Of a stretch of DNA of 64,000 nt, positions 10,740 to 21,364 are shown one piece after another. The position numbers were made by a program, and so were the translations under genes. Below the pieces are notes generated by a model, which was not told where the DNA came from, did no database searches, and saw only the letters and a list, made by a program, of their open reading frames with translations. Every line of letters begins with the position of its first letter. Position 1 is the stretch's first letter. The DNA lies in NCBI GenBank assembly GCA_034530615.2, contig JAVRCV020000051.1:64001-128000 (forward strand), read 5' to 3'. This stretch comes from Aulosira sp. ZfuVER01 (GTDB lineage: Bacteria; Cyanobacteriota; Cyanobacteriia; Cyanobacteriales; Nostocaceae).

Positions 10740-11426
10740 TCAAAAAGTAGATGAGATACTACTCAAATCTTGTTCGCTCATTGAGTTTAGTAGTGTCCAC
10801 AGTTGCAAACTAGTAAAATCGGGAATTGCGATAAAAGCGCCGACTTCTACTAAAATTTTGGGATCGTGAGTAGAAGCTATGCCAATGGTGCGGATATCAG
10901 CACCAACAGCAGCACGAATTCCAGAGGGTGAATCTTCTAAGGCGATCGCTTCATGCGCCTGAATCCCTAACTTACTCAGAGCAACTTGGTAGGGAGCAGG
11001 ATCTGGTTTACCTGCTATACAATCGTCTGCCAAAACAATTGTATGAAAAGCTTCCTTTATGCCTAAAACATCTAGCATAAATTCGGCATTTAATCTAGGA
11101 GCATTAGTTACTAAAGCGCGTTTTAACTGATGTGCTTCTGTCCATGCTATTAGTTCCGAAAATCCACTTAGCGGCTTCAGATTTGGTGCAAGTTCTCGGA
11201 ACAGCGCTTCTTTATCATCTGCAAATTTTTGTCCATCTGCTAGTGATAGTTGTGGCAATATATCTTTGACAATTTCTGGGTTTAGTCGTCCACTAATTCT
11301 GGATTTGTAAAAGGTTTCGTCAATTTCTATGCCATAATTGGACAACTTTTGCTGCCAAGCTTGGTAGTGTATAGGGTCGGTGTTGACAATAGTGCCGTCT
11401 AGGTCAAAGAGAATTGCAGCTAGCAT
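10740..11426 (-). CDS. HAD family hydrolase (subfamily IA)
   Basis: FDLDGT, VTN, KPDP and EDS motifs. Confidence 0.9.
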   Translation of the reverse strand: MLAAILFDLDGTIVNTDPIHYQAWQQKLSNYGIEIDETFYKSRISGRLNPEIVKDILPQLSLADGQKFADDKEALFRELAPNLKPLSGFSELIAWTEAHQLKRALVTNAPRLNAEFMLDVLGIKEAFHTIVLADDCIAGKPDPAPYQVALSKLGIQAHEAIALEDSPSGIRAAVGADIRTIGIASTHDPKILVEVGAFIAIPDFTSLQLWTLLNSMSEQDLSSISSTF

Positions 11427-11650
11427 GGCTTCTAGTTATTATGTAAATAAATGTTAACTTTACTGACATAGTTTACATTGTTTTTTATTCTTTGTCATTG
11501 TCTCAATATTCATCAAGGCAAAGAACAACAAATTAATCTGCTAAATCTGTTTCTTCTTTCCCCAACTCTAAAAGTTGTCTTGCACTCAACTGTTAAAGGA
11601 CATAACTGATTTAATTGAGCCATATTATTGATCGCCACCTGTGTAAACAA

Positions 11651-12424
11651 ATGCTAGCCGCCACAAAATCTTTTAGTGTCGATAAATTGACTGTGCAGAT
11701 TTACAATACTGAAGCCGAAATGGCTCAAGATGTTGCAGAAATCGCGCAACAGTATTTACATAAACTTCTTCAGCAACAGGATTCAGCCACTGTTTTGCTA
11801 GCGACAGGAAACTCCCAACTTAAATTTCTTGATGCTTTGATTGCTTTAGGTGGTGTAGATTGGTCGCGGATTATCTTATTTCATTTAGATGAATATCTAG
11901 GGATTTCTAGCGATCATTCTGCTAGTTTCCGGCGCTATCTGCGGGAGCGTGTAGAGCAGCGAGTTAATCCTCAGCAATTTCACTATCTAGAAGGTGATAC
12001 CTTGCAACCTTTGGCAGAATGCGATCGCTATACCAAACTGCTGCAAGCACAGCCAATAGACTTATGCTGTCTTGGTGTAGGCGAAAATGGGCATTTGGCT
12101 TTCAACGATCCATCTGTGGCTGATTTTCAAGATCCTTACAGAGTCAAACTAGTCAAGCTAGATTCCGTTAACCGACAACAACAAGTCAAAACAGGTCATT
12201 TTCCAAATTTGGAAAGTGTGCCGCAATATGCATTTACTGTAACTTTACCCTTGATTTGTTCGGCAAAAAAAATTATTTGCCTTGCACCAGAAAAACGTAA
12301 AGCGAATGTAGTTAAAGATATATTGCAGGGGTCAATTAATACAAAATGTCCTGCTTCTATTCTGCGTCAACAAGCTCAAGCAATGTTATTTCTCGATATA
12401 AATTCTGCTAGTTTGCTACCTTAA
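11651..12424 (+). CDS. nagB: Glucosamine-6-phosphate deaminase family protein
   Basis: LATGNS, FHLDEY and LGVGENGHLAFNDP motifs; ATG at 11651. Confidence 0.8.
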   Translation: MLAATKSFSVDKLTVQIYNTEAEMAQDVAEIAQQYLHKLLQQQDSATVLLATGNSQLKFLDALIALGGVDWSRIILFHLDEYLGISSDHSASFRRYLRERVEQRVNPQQFHYLEGDTLQPLAECDRYTKLLQAQPIDLCCLGVGENGHLAFNDPSVADFQDPYRVKLVKLDSVNRQQQVKTGHFPNLESVPQYAFTVTLPLICSAKKIICLAPEKRKANVVKDILQGSINTKCPASILRQQAQAMLFLDINSASLLP

Positions 12425-12632
12425 ACTACTTAGCTTCTTCTCATTCAGTTGTAAGGATTTAAGTTATATATTTACTCTTGAGGATTGTCATTAGTCATTT
12501 GTATTCCAAAGGACAGATGACCAATGACAAGCAGAGAAGTCAGAGCGACGGATAAATAACCTGCGGTAAAGACTAACAATGAACCGCCTTTCACCGAAGG
12601 TAAAGCCACATCTTATACAGCAGGCGCTAAAT

Positions 12633-12830
12633 TTAAACTGCTGAACCCTGCCTCCACTCTGAAATTACATCTTCTACTACTAATTCTTTTTTCTGTGAAT
12701 TTGTAGCTGATGCTACTAGTACTTTTAGTGTTGTGGTATAGACATCATTTATTATTTGGTGCCCGTAACCAATTACTTTGCCTAGATGTCCAGTTTTTTG
12801 ATTTAGCACATAGTCCCCAATGTTAAACAT
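12633..12830 (-). CDS. Small hypothetical protein (possible small beta-barrel)
   Basis: MFNIGDYVLNQKTGHLGKVIG pattern, 65 aa. Confidence 0.6.
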   Translation of the reverse strand: MFNIGDYVLNQKTGHLGKVIGYGHQIINDVYTTTLKVLVASATNSQKKELVVEDVISEWRQGSAV

Positions 12831-13653
12831 AGCTGCAACTACCAGTTTTAACTAATGTGTCTCTACATTGTCTGTGTACTAAAGCTTAATAACTTCATAC
12901 TTGGAATATGTTTTATCTCAGCCTTAAGGAAGATTTTTTCCGGGTTTGATGTTTATTTAAGTTAGCTTCACTCCCCAAGAAGAAAAACTTTTTGTTTTAG
13001 GGTAGTTCCATTGACATAAGTTGCACTGCCATGCATGAAAATTCTTCCTAATTCTGCTCTATGCCTTATTTCCAAAAAAGAATGCGGAAAGGTAAATTTT
13101 ATTTTAAATCTGCTTTTACTCGTTGATTAACAATATTGTTCTGTTCTTCGTGTACGATCTTTTCCTGCTCATAATTTAAATTTAAATTGTAAAATAATTT
13201 ACCAAAAAAAAGTGCGACAGGAATGCTAATAATCAGCCAAATACAGGCAAAAATTACCAATGTCAAAATCATAAGTCTAGTAATACCTAAGTGTTTTTGC
13301 GGTCACGACGATCGCGGTGATATTTTTTTTGATTTATTGGGCATTCTTATGATATACACATCATTGGGAATTGCAAGTTATACTATTTCATTTCAAGGTC
13401 AGTACAGATGGAGAGCAAGGGAGAATAATTTGTAACTGTAATTTAGGTAATTGCTATTAATCGGTAATATCAGGGTTTCGGCGATCGTAGCCTAGTTAAA
13501 AAGTGCCTAGTGCAGTACGAAACAATCAGACTTTGTTTCCCTAAGGAAAGGATTTTTGCGTTCCCCTAAGCCGAGGTGATAAATTTTAAACGTTTCTTCC
13601 GTGTTTTTTTAGCTACTTGCTTGGGCCGACTTTGGCATAGCAATCATTAAAAT

Positions 13654-13669
13654 TGTAAATAATGATACA
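13654..13669 (+). promoter_or_regulatory. NtcA-box-like site upstream of the Ser/Thr kinase
   Basis: TGTA-AATAATGA-TACA matches GTA-N8-TAC; no -10 element at the canonical 22-nt spacing. Confidence 0.4.
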
Positions 13670-13789
13670 AAGATTAGAGTATATATACTAGTTAAGTTTG
13701 TTTAAACTAACTGTTAAACCCAAACATTTACAACCTGTCTATTACACAGGAATCACCCACGATTGTTGGACATTGGAGCCAAATTTTCT

Positions 13790-15343
13790 ATGTCAGATCC
13801 CAACATTGGTCGCTTACTCAGCAAACGCTACCAGCTTCAAGAATTAATCGGTACTGGAGCGATGGGCCGAGTTTATCGTGCTAAGGATGTTTTGTTGGGA
13901 GGAGTACCTGTAGCAGTTAAGTTTCTTGCGTTGTCCATACAGAATGAAAAAATGCGATTGCAAGAACGTTTTGAGCGAGAAGCGAAAACCTGTGCCTTAC
14001 TAGGGCAAAAAAGCATTCATATTGTCAGAGTAATGGACTATGGAGTAGATGACAAGAATACTCCTTTCTATGTTATGGAATATTTGCAAGGACAGAGTTT
14101 AAGCAATGTTATTCGCCTGCAAAATCTGACTTTACCAAGATTTTTGAGTATGGTGCGTCAGATGTGTCTGGGGTTACAGTGTGCCCATGATGGCATTCCG
14201 GTGGATGGCACTATCTGCCCAATTATCCATCGCGACATTAAGCCTAGCAATATGTTGGTGATTCAAGATCCGAGTTTTGGAGAATTGGTCAAGGTTCTGG
14301 ATTTTGGTATTGCTAAGTTACTAGAGTCAGATGGCAATATGACTAACTATTATTTGGGCACTCTAGCTTATTCTTCGCCAGAACAGATGGAGGGAAAGGA
14401 ATTAGACAATCGCTCTGATATATATAGTTTGGGCATCATGATGTTTGAGATGCTCACAGGGAAGATGCCACTGGTGCCAACAACCGCCTCTTTTGGAGCA
14501 TGGTATAAAGCGCATCGCTATCAAGAACCAACTTCCTTTGCTGAGGCGGCCCCTGCTTTACAACTACCAAAGCAGGTGGAAGATTTAGTGATGAGTTGTC
14601 TCGCTAAAGCAGCAAGCGATCGCCCCCAAAATATCAGTGAAATCCTCAGCACTTTAGCATCTATAGAACAGCATTATCACACACGCCTTAGTATTCCAAA
14701 AACTGATGTGCTGATTGATGAGAGTGCAGTTAAAGCTGAAGTTACGCAGCAGATAAAAGCTGATGTACAAACATCTGATTCCGAGAGTGAAATCACTCCT
14801 ACCTATTCTTGGCCGCAAAATAAACCAATTGCGGATATTGTTTTTCCTCAAATCATCCGTACTAATACTGGAACTTTACCATCTCTGTGGATCATGCTAC
14901 AGCAAGAGGAAATTCATAAGCGTTTAGTCTGTAAACGTTACAATCAATTTCTCTTTATTACTATTCCCCACCCTATGCTGCTGTGGATTACGGCAATCTA
15001 TAATCGCAAGCACGGACCTAAATGGTTGCCTTACTACCTCGATCTGAAAACCAGTTTCGGGCAAGAAATAACCACTCTTCTAGGGCAAACAGGTTACTAT
15101 CGCCTGTTATTCTTTGCTAGAGAGACACCAGCTAGCTGTTCTCATATCCTAACTTCTAGTATCGCTCCTGCCCAATGCCAAAAATTGCAAGAGTGGGCCA
15201 CAAGTAGTAAAGTTCTGGTTTCTTCCGCTGAACCGCAAATGAGTAAAGGTTTGCTCAAACGCGAGTATGAAAAAATTAAGCCCTTGATTTTGGCAAAGCT
15301 CGAAGGAATAAATACTAATTCTCAATTTGACCTTTCTGGCTAG
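13790..15343 (+). CDS. Hanks-type Ser/Thr protein kinase
   Basis: GTGAMG, VAVK, HRDIKPSN, DFG, SPE and DIYSLG motifs. Confidence 0.95.
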   Translation: MSDPNIGRLLSKRYQLQELIGTGAMGRVYRAKDVLLGGVPVAVKFLALSIQNEKMRLQERFEREAKTCALLGQKSIHIVRVMDYGVDDKNTPFYVMEYLQGQSLSNVIRLQNLTLPRFLSMVRQMCLGLQCAHDGIPVDGTICPIIHRDIKPSNMLVIQDPSFGELVKVLDFGIAKLLESDGNMTNYYLGTLAYSSPEQMEGKELDNRSDIYSLGIMMFEMLTGKMPLVPTTASFGAWYKAHRYQEPTSFAEAAPALQLPKQVEDLVMSCLAKAASDRPQNISEILSTLASIEQHYHTRLSIPKTDVLIDESAVKAEVTQQIKADVQTSDSESEITPTYSWPQNKPIADIVFPQIIRTNTGTLPSLWIMLQQEEIHKRLVCKRYNQFLFITIPHPMLLWITAIYNRKHGPKWLPYYLDLKTSFGQEITTLLGQTGYYRLLFFARETPASCSHILTSSIAPAQCQKLQEWATSSKVLVSSAEPQMSKGLLKREYEKIKPLILAKLEGINTNSQFDLSG

Positions 15344-15795
15344 GTAAATGTTACTGTAATTTACGTAAATTATGAGTTTGTAAGAGTATTGCTACAAAAA
15401 TAGTTAAGTTTTGTTAATAAAAATCTATATCTAGTTGTAAGTTGTATTTATAAAAAATATAATTGGCTACGTTGAGACTTGTAAAAGTTAGTTTTTACTT
15501 GATTATCTAAAAATACGCATCTGTACAGAGTATAGTTGCTTGCTTGATTGTACATAGTTATGACTATCACGCTAGCTGACCGTAAATTAGTTTTGCTAAC
15601 GTGCCTAGTTAATATAGATGTGCATTAAGAATTTAGCCTTAAGGCTACGATAATTTATTTTTTTTAGTTGTTGTGTTAGTTGTTTTCAAGTTGTTGGAAT
15701 TGCCTATCGAAGTTGACGCCCCAGCATCCCCAGCTCCTTTCCTCGTTGGAACCGAGCAAGAGAAGGAGGTCGCCCACTGCGACTATAGAAAAAAT

Positions 15796-15993
15796 CTATG
15801 CCAAAGTGGAGCCTGAATCTAAGCCCCATTGGTGCTTAAGTAGTTCTTGGTAAGTTGCTTCTCTCACTACCATTTGCTCATAGAGCTTAACCAAAAAGTC
15901 TTTGGCTTGATCGTGGCTCATGTGCTGCACCTGAGTGGCAAATGAGCGAATGCTGAATTGCTGTTCTAAGGACAGTTCGATTGGTCCGTTCAT
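15796..15993 (-). CDS. nblA: Phycobilisome degradation protein NblA
   Basis: MNGPIELSLEQQFSIRSFATQVQHMSHDQAKDFL...LLKHQWGL. Confidence 0.95.
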   Translation of the reverse strand: MNGPIELSLEQQFSIRSFATQVQHMSHDQAKDFLVKLYEQMVVREATYQELLKHQWGLDSGSTLA

Positions 15994-16582
15994 AGTTAAC
16001 TCCAGAAAAAACAACGCGAAAAGGTTATATCGGTTTGGGTTACAGAGGTTCCAAAAGGATAATATTGGGACTGATTTCCTATTGCATTTGTTCCTCTGTT
16101 ATTAAGAAAGATAACAATAGTTTGACGAAATTGCCCACACCCTTATGGATTAATTTTGTCCAATTTGCCCACTTACTTATGGGTTAGTTTTCTGTTTGGT
16201 TATGTGACACCTAACTCTACTGATATACAACCAAAGTCTGCCTGCAAAGGCCGATTTTGTTAAATTTACATATTGGCTGACCAGAGGCTAGCCAATGCCT
16301 GACGTTTCCTAGAATTTCTTTTAAGCTTTTCTTAAGAAGAAATAAAAGGAAATGTGGGTAAATTATTATATTCTCTATACCTCATTAACGGCAAGATGTC
16401 AATCTAACGAAATATGGAAATTTTGCCTCCTTTAGGTAATTTGGAAGGCTAGAAATATTTGTATCAAGTTAGAAATAGGAAAAATGCTCAGACTGAACAA
16501 ATTGCTGAGTATATTTACCAAAAATAGTCAAAAGTCTAGTTCCTGAGACATTTGACCGTTAACTATTTACTAGAGTTAGGAA

Positions 16583-17314
16583 TTAATTCTGCTCTACTGC
16601 GACGATCGCAACTGTGATGTTATCGTGTCCACCATGAGCTTTAGCCGCATCGACTAGAGATTGGGCTGCCTGTTCTAAAGCTGAGTTGTCTTGAAGATAG
16701 TCAGCGATTTTCTGCTCGACAAGTTCTTCTGTAAGACCATCACTGCATAACAGTAAGCGATCGCCAGCTTTTACATCAAAAGGTTGCACATCGACTTGGT
16801 GTAGGTCTTCTCGCCCCAAGCAGCGCGATAAAACATGACGAAACGGATGAATCCGCGCTTCCTCGAAAGTAATGTCACCTAGTTTAATTGCTCTGGCTAC
16901 CCAAGTATGGTCTTCTGTAATCTGTTCTAATTGCGATCCTCGCAAGCGGTAAAGCCTAGAGTCGCCAACATGGGCGCACCAAGGCGACTCTGGGTCGCGA
17001 AAAATTACCACTACAGCCGTTGTACCCATGTCAGCCCGTTCGGGATGATCTTGCTGATCCTGCAAAATAGCTTCATTAGCCCGCCACAGCGCTTGGACCA
17101 ATAATTCCTGAGAAGACTGAGAAGATAGCCAATTCGCTGTTAAATACTCCTGAATTTCTCGAGTAGCAATCCGGCTGGCTTCCTCTCCGCCTGCATGACC
17201 ACCCATACCATCAGCAACGATGCAAAATCGCTGCTCTGAGTCAATATAGTAGGCATCCTGATTATTAGAACGAATAAGTCCCGGATCGCTCAGACCCGTG
17301 AAATTAAGTTTCAT
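16583..17314 (-). CDS. PP2C-type Ser/Thr phosphatase (Stp1/PphA-like)
   Basis: NQDA, ADGMGG, HVGDSR, LCSDGL and DNIT motifs. Confidence 0.95.
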   Translation of the reverse strand: MKLNFTGLSDPGLIRSNNQDAYYIDSEQRFCIVADGMGGHAGGEEASRIATREIQEYLTANWLSSQSSQELLVQALWRANEAILQDQQDHPERADMGTTAVVVIFRDPESPWCAHVGDSRLYRLRGSQLEQITEDHTWVARAIKLGDITFEEARIHPFRHVLSRCLGREDLHQVDVQPFDVKAGDRLLLCSDGLTEELVEQKIADYLQDNSALEQAAQSLVDAAKAHGGHDNITVAIVAVEQN

Positions 17315-17332
17315 AAATTTTTACTGCGAAAA

Positions 17333-19069
17333 TTAATACATACGGTCAGAACGTTCGAGACGTAAAAGCAAGCGAATAAGTAGACCTGCGATCGCGGCTG
17401 CAATTAAACCAGCCAGTACTGCTAAGAATACATATTTATTCACTAATAAAATAGTGCCTGAAAGTGTAAATCCACTGATGAGCAGCGCGTAGCTAATTCC
17501 GATTTGAATATTGCTTTGCCGTCTCAGCAGGCGTTCCGTTTCTAGAGAACGGACGCGCATACGCATATCGCCGCGCTCTAACTTTTCTAGTGTATCTTCT
17601 AATCTACGTGGTAAACCAAAAGCAGTTGTACTGACCTGAACTGCTTGGCGACTTAATTCATTTAGGAAGCTATTGCTCTGCTCACCATTCATATTGGTCA
17701 TAAGCTGCATTGCATAGGGTTTGGCAACTTCCATAAAATTAAATTCTGGATCTAAGCCCTTGCCAACTCCCTCAAGAGTGGAAAAAGCTCGCATCACAAA
17801 AGTGAAGGTTGCAGGAAATCTAAATGGTTGATTATAAGCTATTTCGTACAGGTCGTCACTGATGGCTGCAACCGATTGGTTTTCAAAAGGCTTATCCATG
17901 AAATTATCCAGCATATACTGGACAGAACGCCGCACTGGCCCCATATCATCTACTGGTGCGATCGCGCCCAAATCGATCAAAGATTGCACAACGCGATCGC
18001 CATCTTTTTGGGCAATGCCGAACAGCGTTTCCATCAGTCCTTCACGTATATTGGATTTAATCCGCCCCATCATGCCGAAATCGTAGAATATCAAATCACC
18101 ATTGGGGCTAACAGCAATATTCCCGGGGTGGGGATCGGCATGGAAAAAGCCATTATTGAGCAGTTGCACTAGGTAAGCTTGGGCACCATAACGAGCAATG
18201 AGCTTACGATCCAAACCCGCCGCCTCTATAGCTTCGTACTGGCTAATTTTGATTCCCGGCACATATTCCAACGTCAGCACTTGGGGCGAGGTGTAACGCC
18301 AGTAAATTCTGGGTACTTTCACCCAATCGTAGCCACGAAAGTTACGCCTGAAAGTGTCAGCATTCCGACCTTCGTTCAGGTAATCAATTTCTTCCCAAAG
18401 AATACGGCAACACTCTTCGTAAATTCCGAGCCAATCTCGGCCACGTCCCCATTTGGGATGGTTTTGAAAATAACGAGCAATTCCTTTAAGAATCTGTAAA
18501 TCAATTTCAAATAACTTCTTCAGTCCCGGACGCTGCACCTTGACAACCACGGCTTCGCCACTATATAGCACAGCTTTGTGGACTTGCCCCAAACTAGCCG
18601 CTGCTAAAGGAATCGGATCAAAATTCTGGAAGAGTTCGGGAATTTTTTTACCTAGTTCTCGCTGAATAATCGCTTCTACTTGGTCATAGCTAAAAGCAGG
18701 TACTTTGTCTTGTAGCTTTGCCAGTTCTTCTACATACTCGACTGGAAATATATCAGCACGAGTAGAAAATAACTGCCCAACTTTAATAAAGGTAGGCCCT
18801 AAGTCAAGCAAGGTATTACGAATCCAGATAGCTTGCGCTTTACGCCTTGCAGCTTGCTTGGCCTCAGTGATTCCGCCTGGATAACTCCAAGCTTTGTTGT
18901 ATCGCCAAAGCTTGAACATCAAGGTCAAAACAAAAGACCAGATGTCCACAAAGCGCCGTCTACTAGAATAATTTTCCCGATTCCAACGGTATGCCTTATC
19001 CGAATAACCTTTTTCCATATTTGTTGCGTACCGTTGGTTTTTTACCGAATCACCTGGAAGAAAAGACAC
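17333..19069 (-). CDS. AarF/ABC1/UbiB atypical kinase
   Basis: LGPTFIKVGQ, AAASLGQVH, VKVQRP, HADPHPGN and DFG; start may lie downstream at MEKG. Confidence 0.93.
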   Translation of the reverse strand: MSFLPGDSVKNQRYATNMEKGYSDKAYRWNRENYSSRRRFVDIWSFVLTLMFKLWRYNKAWSYPGGITEAKQAARRKAQAIWIRNTLLDLGPTFIKVGQLFSTRADIFPVEYVEELAKLQDKVPAFSYDQVEAIIQRELGKKIPELFQNFDPIPLAAASLGQVHKAVLYSGEAVVVKVQRPGLKKLFEIDLQILKGIARYFQNHPKWGRGRDWLGIYEECCRILWEEIDYLNEGRNADTFRRNFRGYDWVKVPRIYWRYTSPQVLTLEYVPGIKISQYEAIEAAGLDRKLIARYGAQAYLVQLLNNGFFHADPHPGNIAVSPNGDLIFYDFGMMGRIKSNIREGLMETLFGIAQKDGDRVVQSLIDLGAIAPVDDMGPVRRSVQYMLDNFMDKPFENQSVAAISDDLYEIAYNQPFRFPATFTFVMRAFSTLEGVGKGLDPEFNFMEVAKPYAMQLMTNMNGEQSNSFLNELSRQAVQVSTTAFGLPRRLEDTLEKLERGDMRMRVRSLETERLLRRQSNIQIGISYALLISGFTLSGTILLVNKYVFLAVLAGLIAAAIAGLLIRLLLRLERSDRMY

Positions 19070-19197
19070 TCTGATTCCTAAACTGTTTGCGATCGTAATG
19101 TCATTTGTCCGCTATTGTTTGTCATTTGTCTATAAATGCTGACTCATGACCAATGACCAATGACTAAATATGCTTCCTAGTAGATTTTTCTCAAACT

Positions 19198-19524
19198 TTA
19201 TACAGAACTACTACGATACTTTTGCAATTCGGTACGCAATAGGGCGATTTCGGCTCGTAGTTCATCAATCATGGCTTGCAAGTCTACTGGCTCAGATCCG
19301 CTGGGTCCGCGTACTGTGGTAGGTTGACCAACATTAGCAGCATCAGCAGCTCGATTAGCCCGTTCTAGAACTTCATCTGTGAACTGGCGCAACTGTTCTC
19401 TAGCTTCAGCATCAAATTTGCCAAGTTCGCTTAAAGCATCAGTCAAGGCGACCTCTAAGCGTTCGTTGACTACTTCAGCTACAGCTCTACCGACAAAAAA
19501 GGCTTGCAAAAGGGGGTTACTCAT
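19198..19524 (-). CDS. Conserved cyanobacterial coiled-coil protein upstream of ABC1 kinase (DUF6825-like)
   Basis: AFFVGRAVAE...IDELRAEIALLRTELQKYR. Confidence 0.75.
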   Translation of the reverse strand: MSNPLLQAFFVGRAVAEVVNERLEVALTDALSELGKFDAEAREQLRQFTDEVLERANRAADAANVGQPTTVRGPSGSEPVDLQAMIDELRAEIALLRTELQKYRSSSV

Positions 19525-19676
19525 AAATTTTTGTTACGTCTCTCCGCAAGAGAATTATAACTTGCTCGTATGCTTTGCGGCTTCTACTGTGGAGATATAT
19601 ATTGGCTGGGCAAACTTCCAGCCCAGATCGCCTTGGAAACTTCTAGTTCAAATTTGCAAGCATTTATTCTGTATCG

Positions 19677-20003
19677 CTAAGGTGACTCAGCGAATGGGTT
19701 AGGTAATTTTGATGCACTCGCAATCTGGAATGATACTTGAGGATAAGCACTACATTTCTTTTTGGCGATCGCCAGCATCTTATCTGAAATGTCTACCCCA
19801 ACAATCTGTTGCGATGAATATTCAGCTAGCAGTAACCATTCAAACTCACCAGTGCCACAGGCAACATCAAGTATAGTATCTGTTGGTGATATCTCTGCCC
19901 AGGTTTTGAGGAAAGATAATGTGTTATCTATATAACTTTTCCAACGTAGATCGTAAACAGTAGCTAACTGGTCGTACTGTTTGCGAACTATAGTTTCACT
20001 CAT
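19677..20003 (-). pseudogene. Class I SAM methyltransferase, C-terminally truncated
   Basis: ILDVACGTG and GVDISDKML present, but the ORF ends just after ASASKLP, lacking the FD motif and later strands. Confidence 0.75.
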
Positions 20004-20020
20004 ATTATTTTTTGTAATAT

Positions 20021-20443
20021 TTATTCATGTTCAATAATTGGACAAATAGTTGAATGAGAATCATCCGGCTTGATTTCCCAACCAGAAAGCAACCCTGATA
20101 ATTCTTGTCTCAAAATCAGTAATTGCTGGATTTGTTCATCAATAGCTTTTACCTTATCTTCTAGTTTAGTTTTGATATGCTCACAAGGTAATTCACCTTC
20201 ATCATGAACATTTAAAAATTCCTTAATTTCTGATAAGCTTAATCCTAAGCTTTGAGCGCGTTTAATAAAGTGCAGTCGCTCTAAAACATCAGAGTTAAAT
20301 AATCTAAATCCGCCTTCGGTTCTTCCTGATGATTTGAGTAGACCAAGTTCTTCATAATAGCGAATAGTCTTAATTGGTACGCCGCTTTCTTTAGCAACTC
20401 TACCAATCTGTTTTGCTTGTTCTTGGACTAACATACTTGTCAA
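20021..20443 (-). CDS. MerR family heavy-metal-responsive regulator
   Basis: IGRVAKESGV..TIRYYEELGLL, AQSLGLSLSEI, PC...ICPII cysteines; true start may be MLVQ. Confidence 0.93.
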   Translation of the reverse strand: MTSMLVQEQAKQIGRVAKESGVPIKTIRYYEELGLLKSSGRTEGGFRLFNSDVLERLHFIKRAQSLGLSLSEIKEFLNVHDEGELPCEHIKTKLEDKVKAIDEQIQQLLILRQELSGLLSGWEIKPDDSHSTICPIIEHE

Positions 20444-20469
20444 AGCCTCAATGAGATATGATTACCGAT

Positions 20470-20505
20470 CTTATACTAAACTCTCCAGTTAGCTGGAGAG
20501 TCAAG
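20470..20505 (-). promoter_or_regulatory. MerR-type promoter/operator for merR
   Basis: Minus strand TTGACT-20 nt-TAGTAT, overlapped by the perfect palindrome ACTCTCCAG-ttag-CTGGAGAGT (20480-20501). Confidence 0.8.
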
Positions 20506-20530
20506 CATGAAAAGCATCATTCTATCAAGC

Positions 20531-21127
20531 TTATGAGACACTGAGTTGAGTAGAAGCGGTTTCTTCACTAGTGGCTGCGGCTTGGACTGCGATCGCACCG
20601 CGAAACATATTCATACCGCAGGTGAAAGCATATTCACCTGGTTTTTCGGGTGTAAATTCCACAGCAGTGATTTGATTCAGGGGTAAATCTGCGGCAATGT
20701 GAAAGTCTGGAATCACAACTTGTTCTAAGCAACTGCTGGGATCTTTGCGTGTAAATTTCAGCCTTACTGGTATCCCGGCTTGCACGACAATTCGGCTGGG
20801 ATCGTATCCCCCATCAACGGTGATGCTAACTTCTTGGACATCTCCATCTGCTGCAACTGCTTTCTGAGACTTGGGTTTACTCAGCAAGAACCACCAAAGT
20901 TCTAAGCCAATTAATCCTAAGCCGCCTAGGGTGACAGTGATTTTGTTTCCTATTGGCTGATCGATACGTTGAAATTGATTGGTTTGGACTGTTGCAGATG
21001 AGTGTGTCTTATGGGATTTTTGTGCATTCACCGAAGATGTTGGCGAAGCCATCGCTTCACCAGATGCTATTCCGAAGACAATTCCTAAGCTGGCTATACT
21101 ACCGATGAGTGCTGTTTTGTTTACCAT
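20531..21127 (-). CDS. Cupredoxin-like domain membrane protein (CupA-like)
   Basis: Signal-like N-terminus, TM helix, VDGGYDP, SSCLEQV, FTCGMNM. Confidence 0.85.
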   Translation of the reverse strand: MVNKTALIGSIASLGIVFGIASGEAMASPTSSVNAQKSHKTHSSATVQTNQFQRIDQPIGNKITVTLGGLGLIGLELWWFLLSKPKSQKAVAADGDVQEVSITVDGGYDPSRIVVQAGIPVRLKFTRKDPSSCLEQVVIPDFHIAADLPLNQITAVEFTPEKPGEYAFTCGMNMFRGAIAVQAAATSEETASTQLSVS

Positions 21128-21149
21128 TTAAAAACCTCTTACATGGATA

Positions 21150-21212
21150 TAATTCGTAGTTCGTAATACCCTACGGGAAGCCGCACTTCGTGCGTCTACG
21201 TAATTCGTCATT
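21150..21212. repeat. STRR (AATTCGT) tract with an inserted small palindromic repeat
   Basis: aattcgtagttcgtaa[taccctacgggaagccgcacttcgtgcgtctac]gtaattcgtc. Confidence 0.65.
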
Positions 21213-21272
21213 AAGAAAGTCAGCTATGGTCTGAGTTTTGGGAATTGAAAGAGAATTAGTGTAAGTTTCCAG

Positions 21273-21353
21273 CTACACTAAAATTCCTGAAATCACTCCC
21301 AGCAGAAATCCAAATCCTGCTAAAGTCCCGAAAAATATGGTTTGATTGAACAT
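21273..21353 (-). pseudogene. 26-aa signal-peptide-only ORF, probable remnant of a second cupredoxin-type gene
   Basis: RBS (GAGG) directly after the ATPase stop; MFNQTIFFGTLAGFGFLLGVISGILV* resembles the N-terminus of 20531-21127. Confidence 0.5.
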
Positions 21354-21364
21354 TGTTATTTCCT

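Noticed and set aside
13223..13435. 70-aa ORF upstream of the kinase
   Set aside because: Lies in an AT-rich promoter-like region with no motif; probably chance.
15357..15372. Perfect palindrome TAATTTACGTAAATTA after the kinase stop
   Set aside because: AT-rich single occurrence with no assignable function; plausible by chance.
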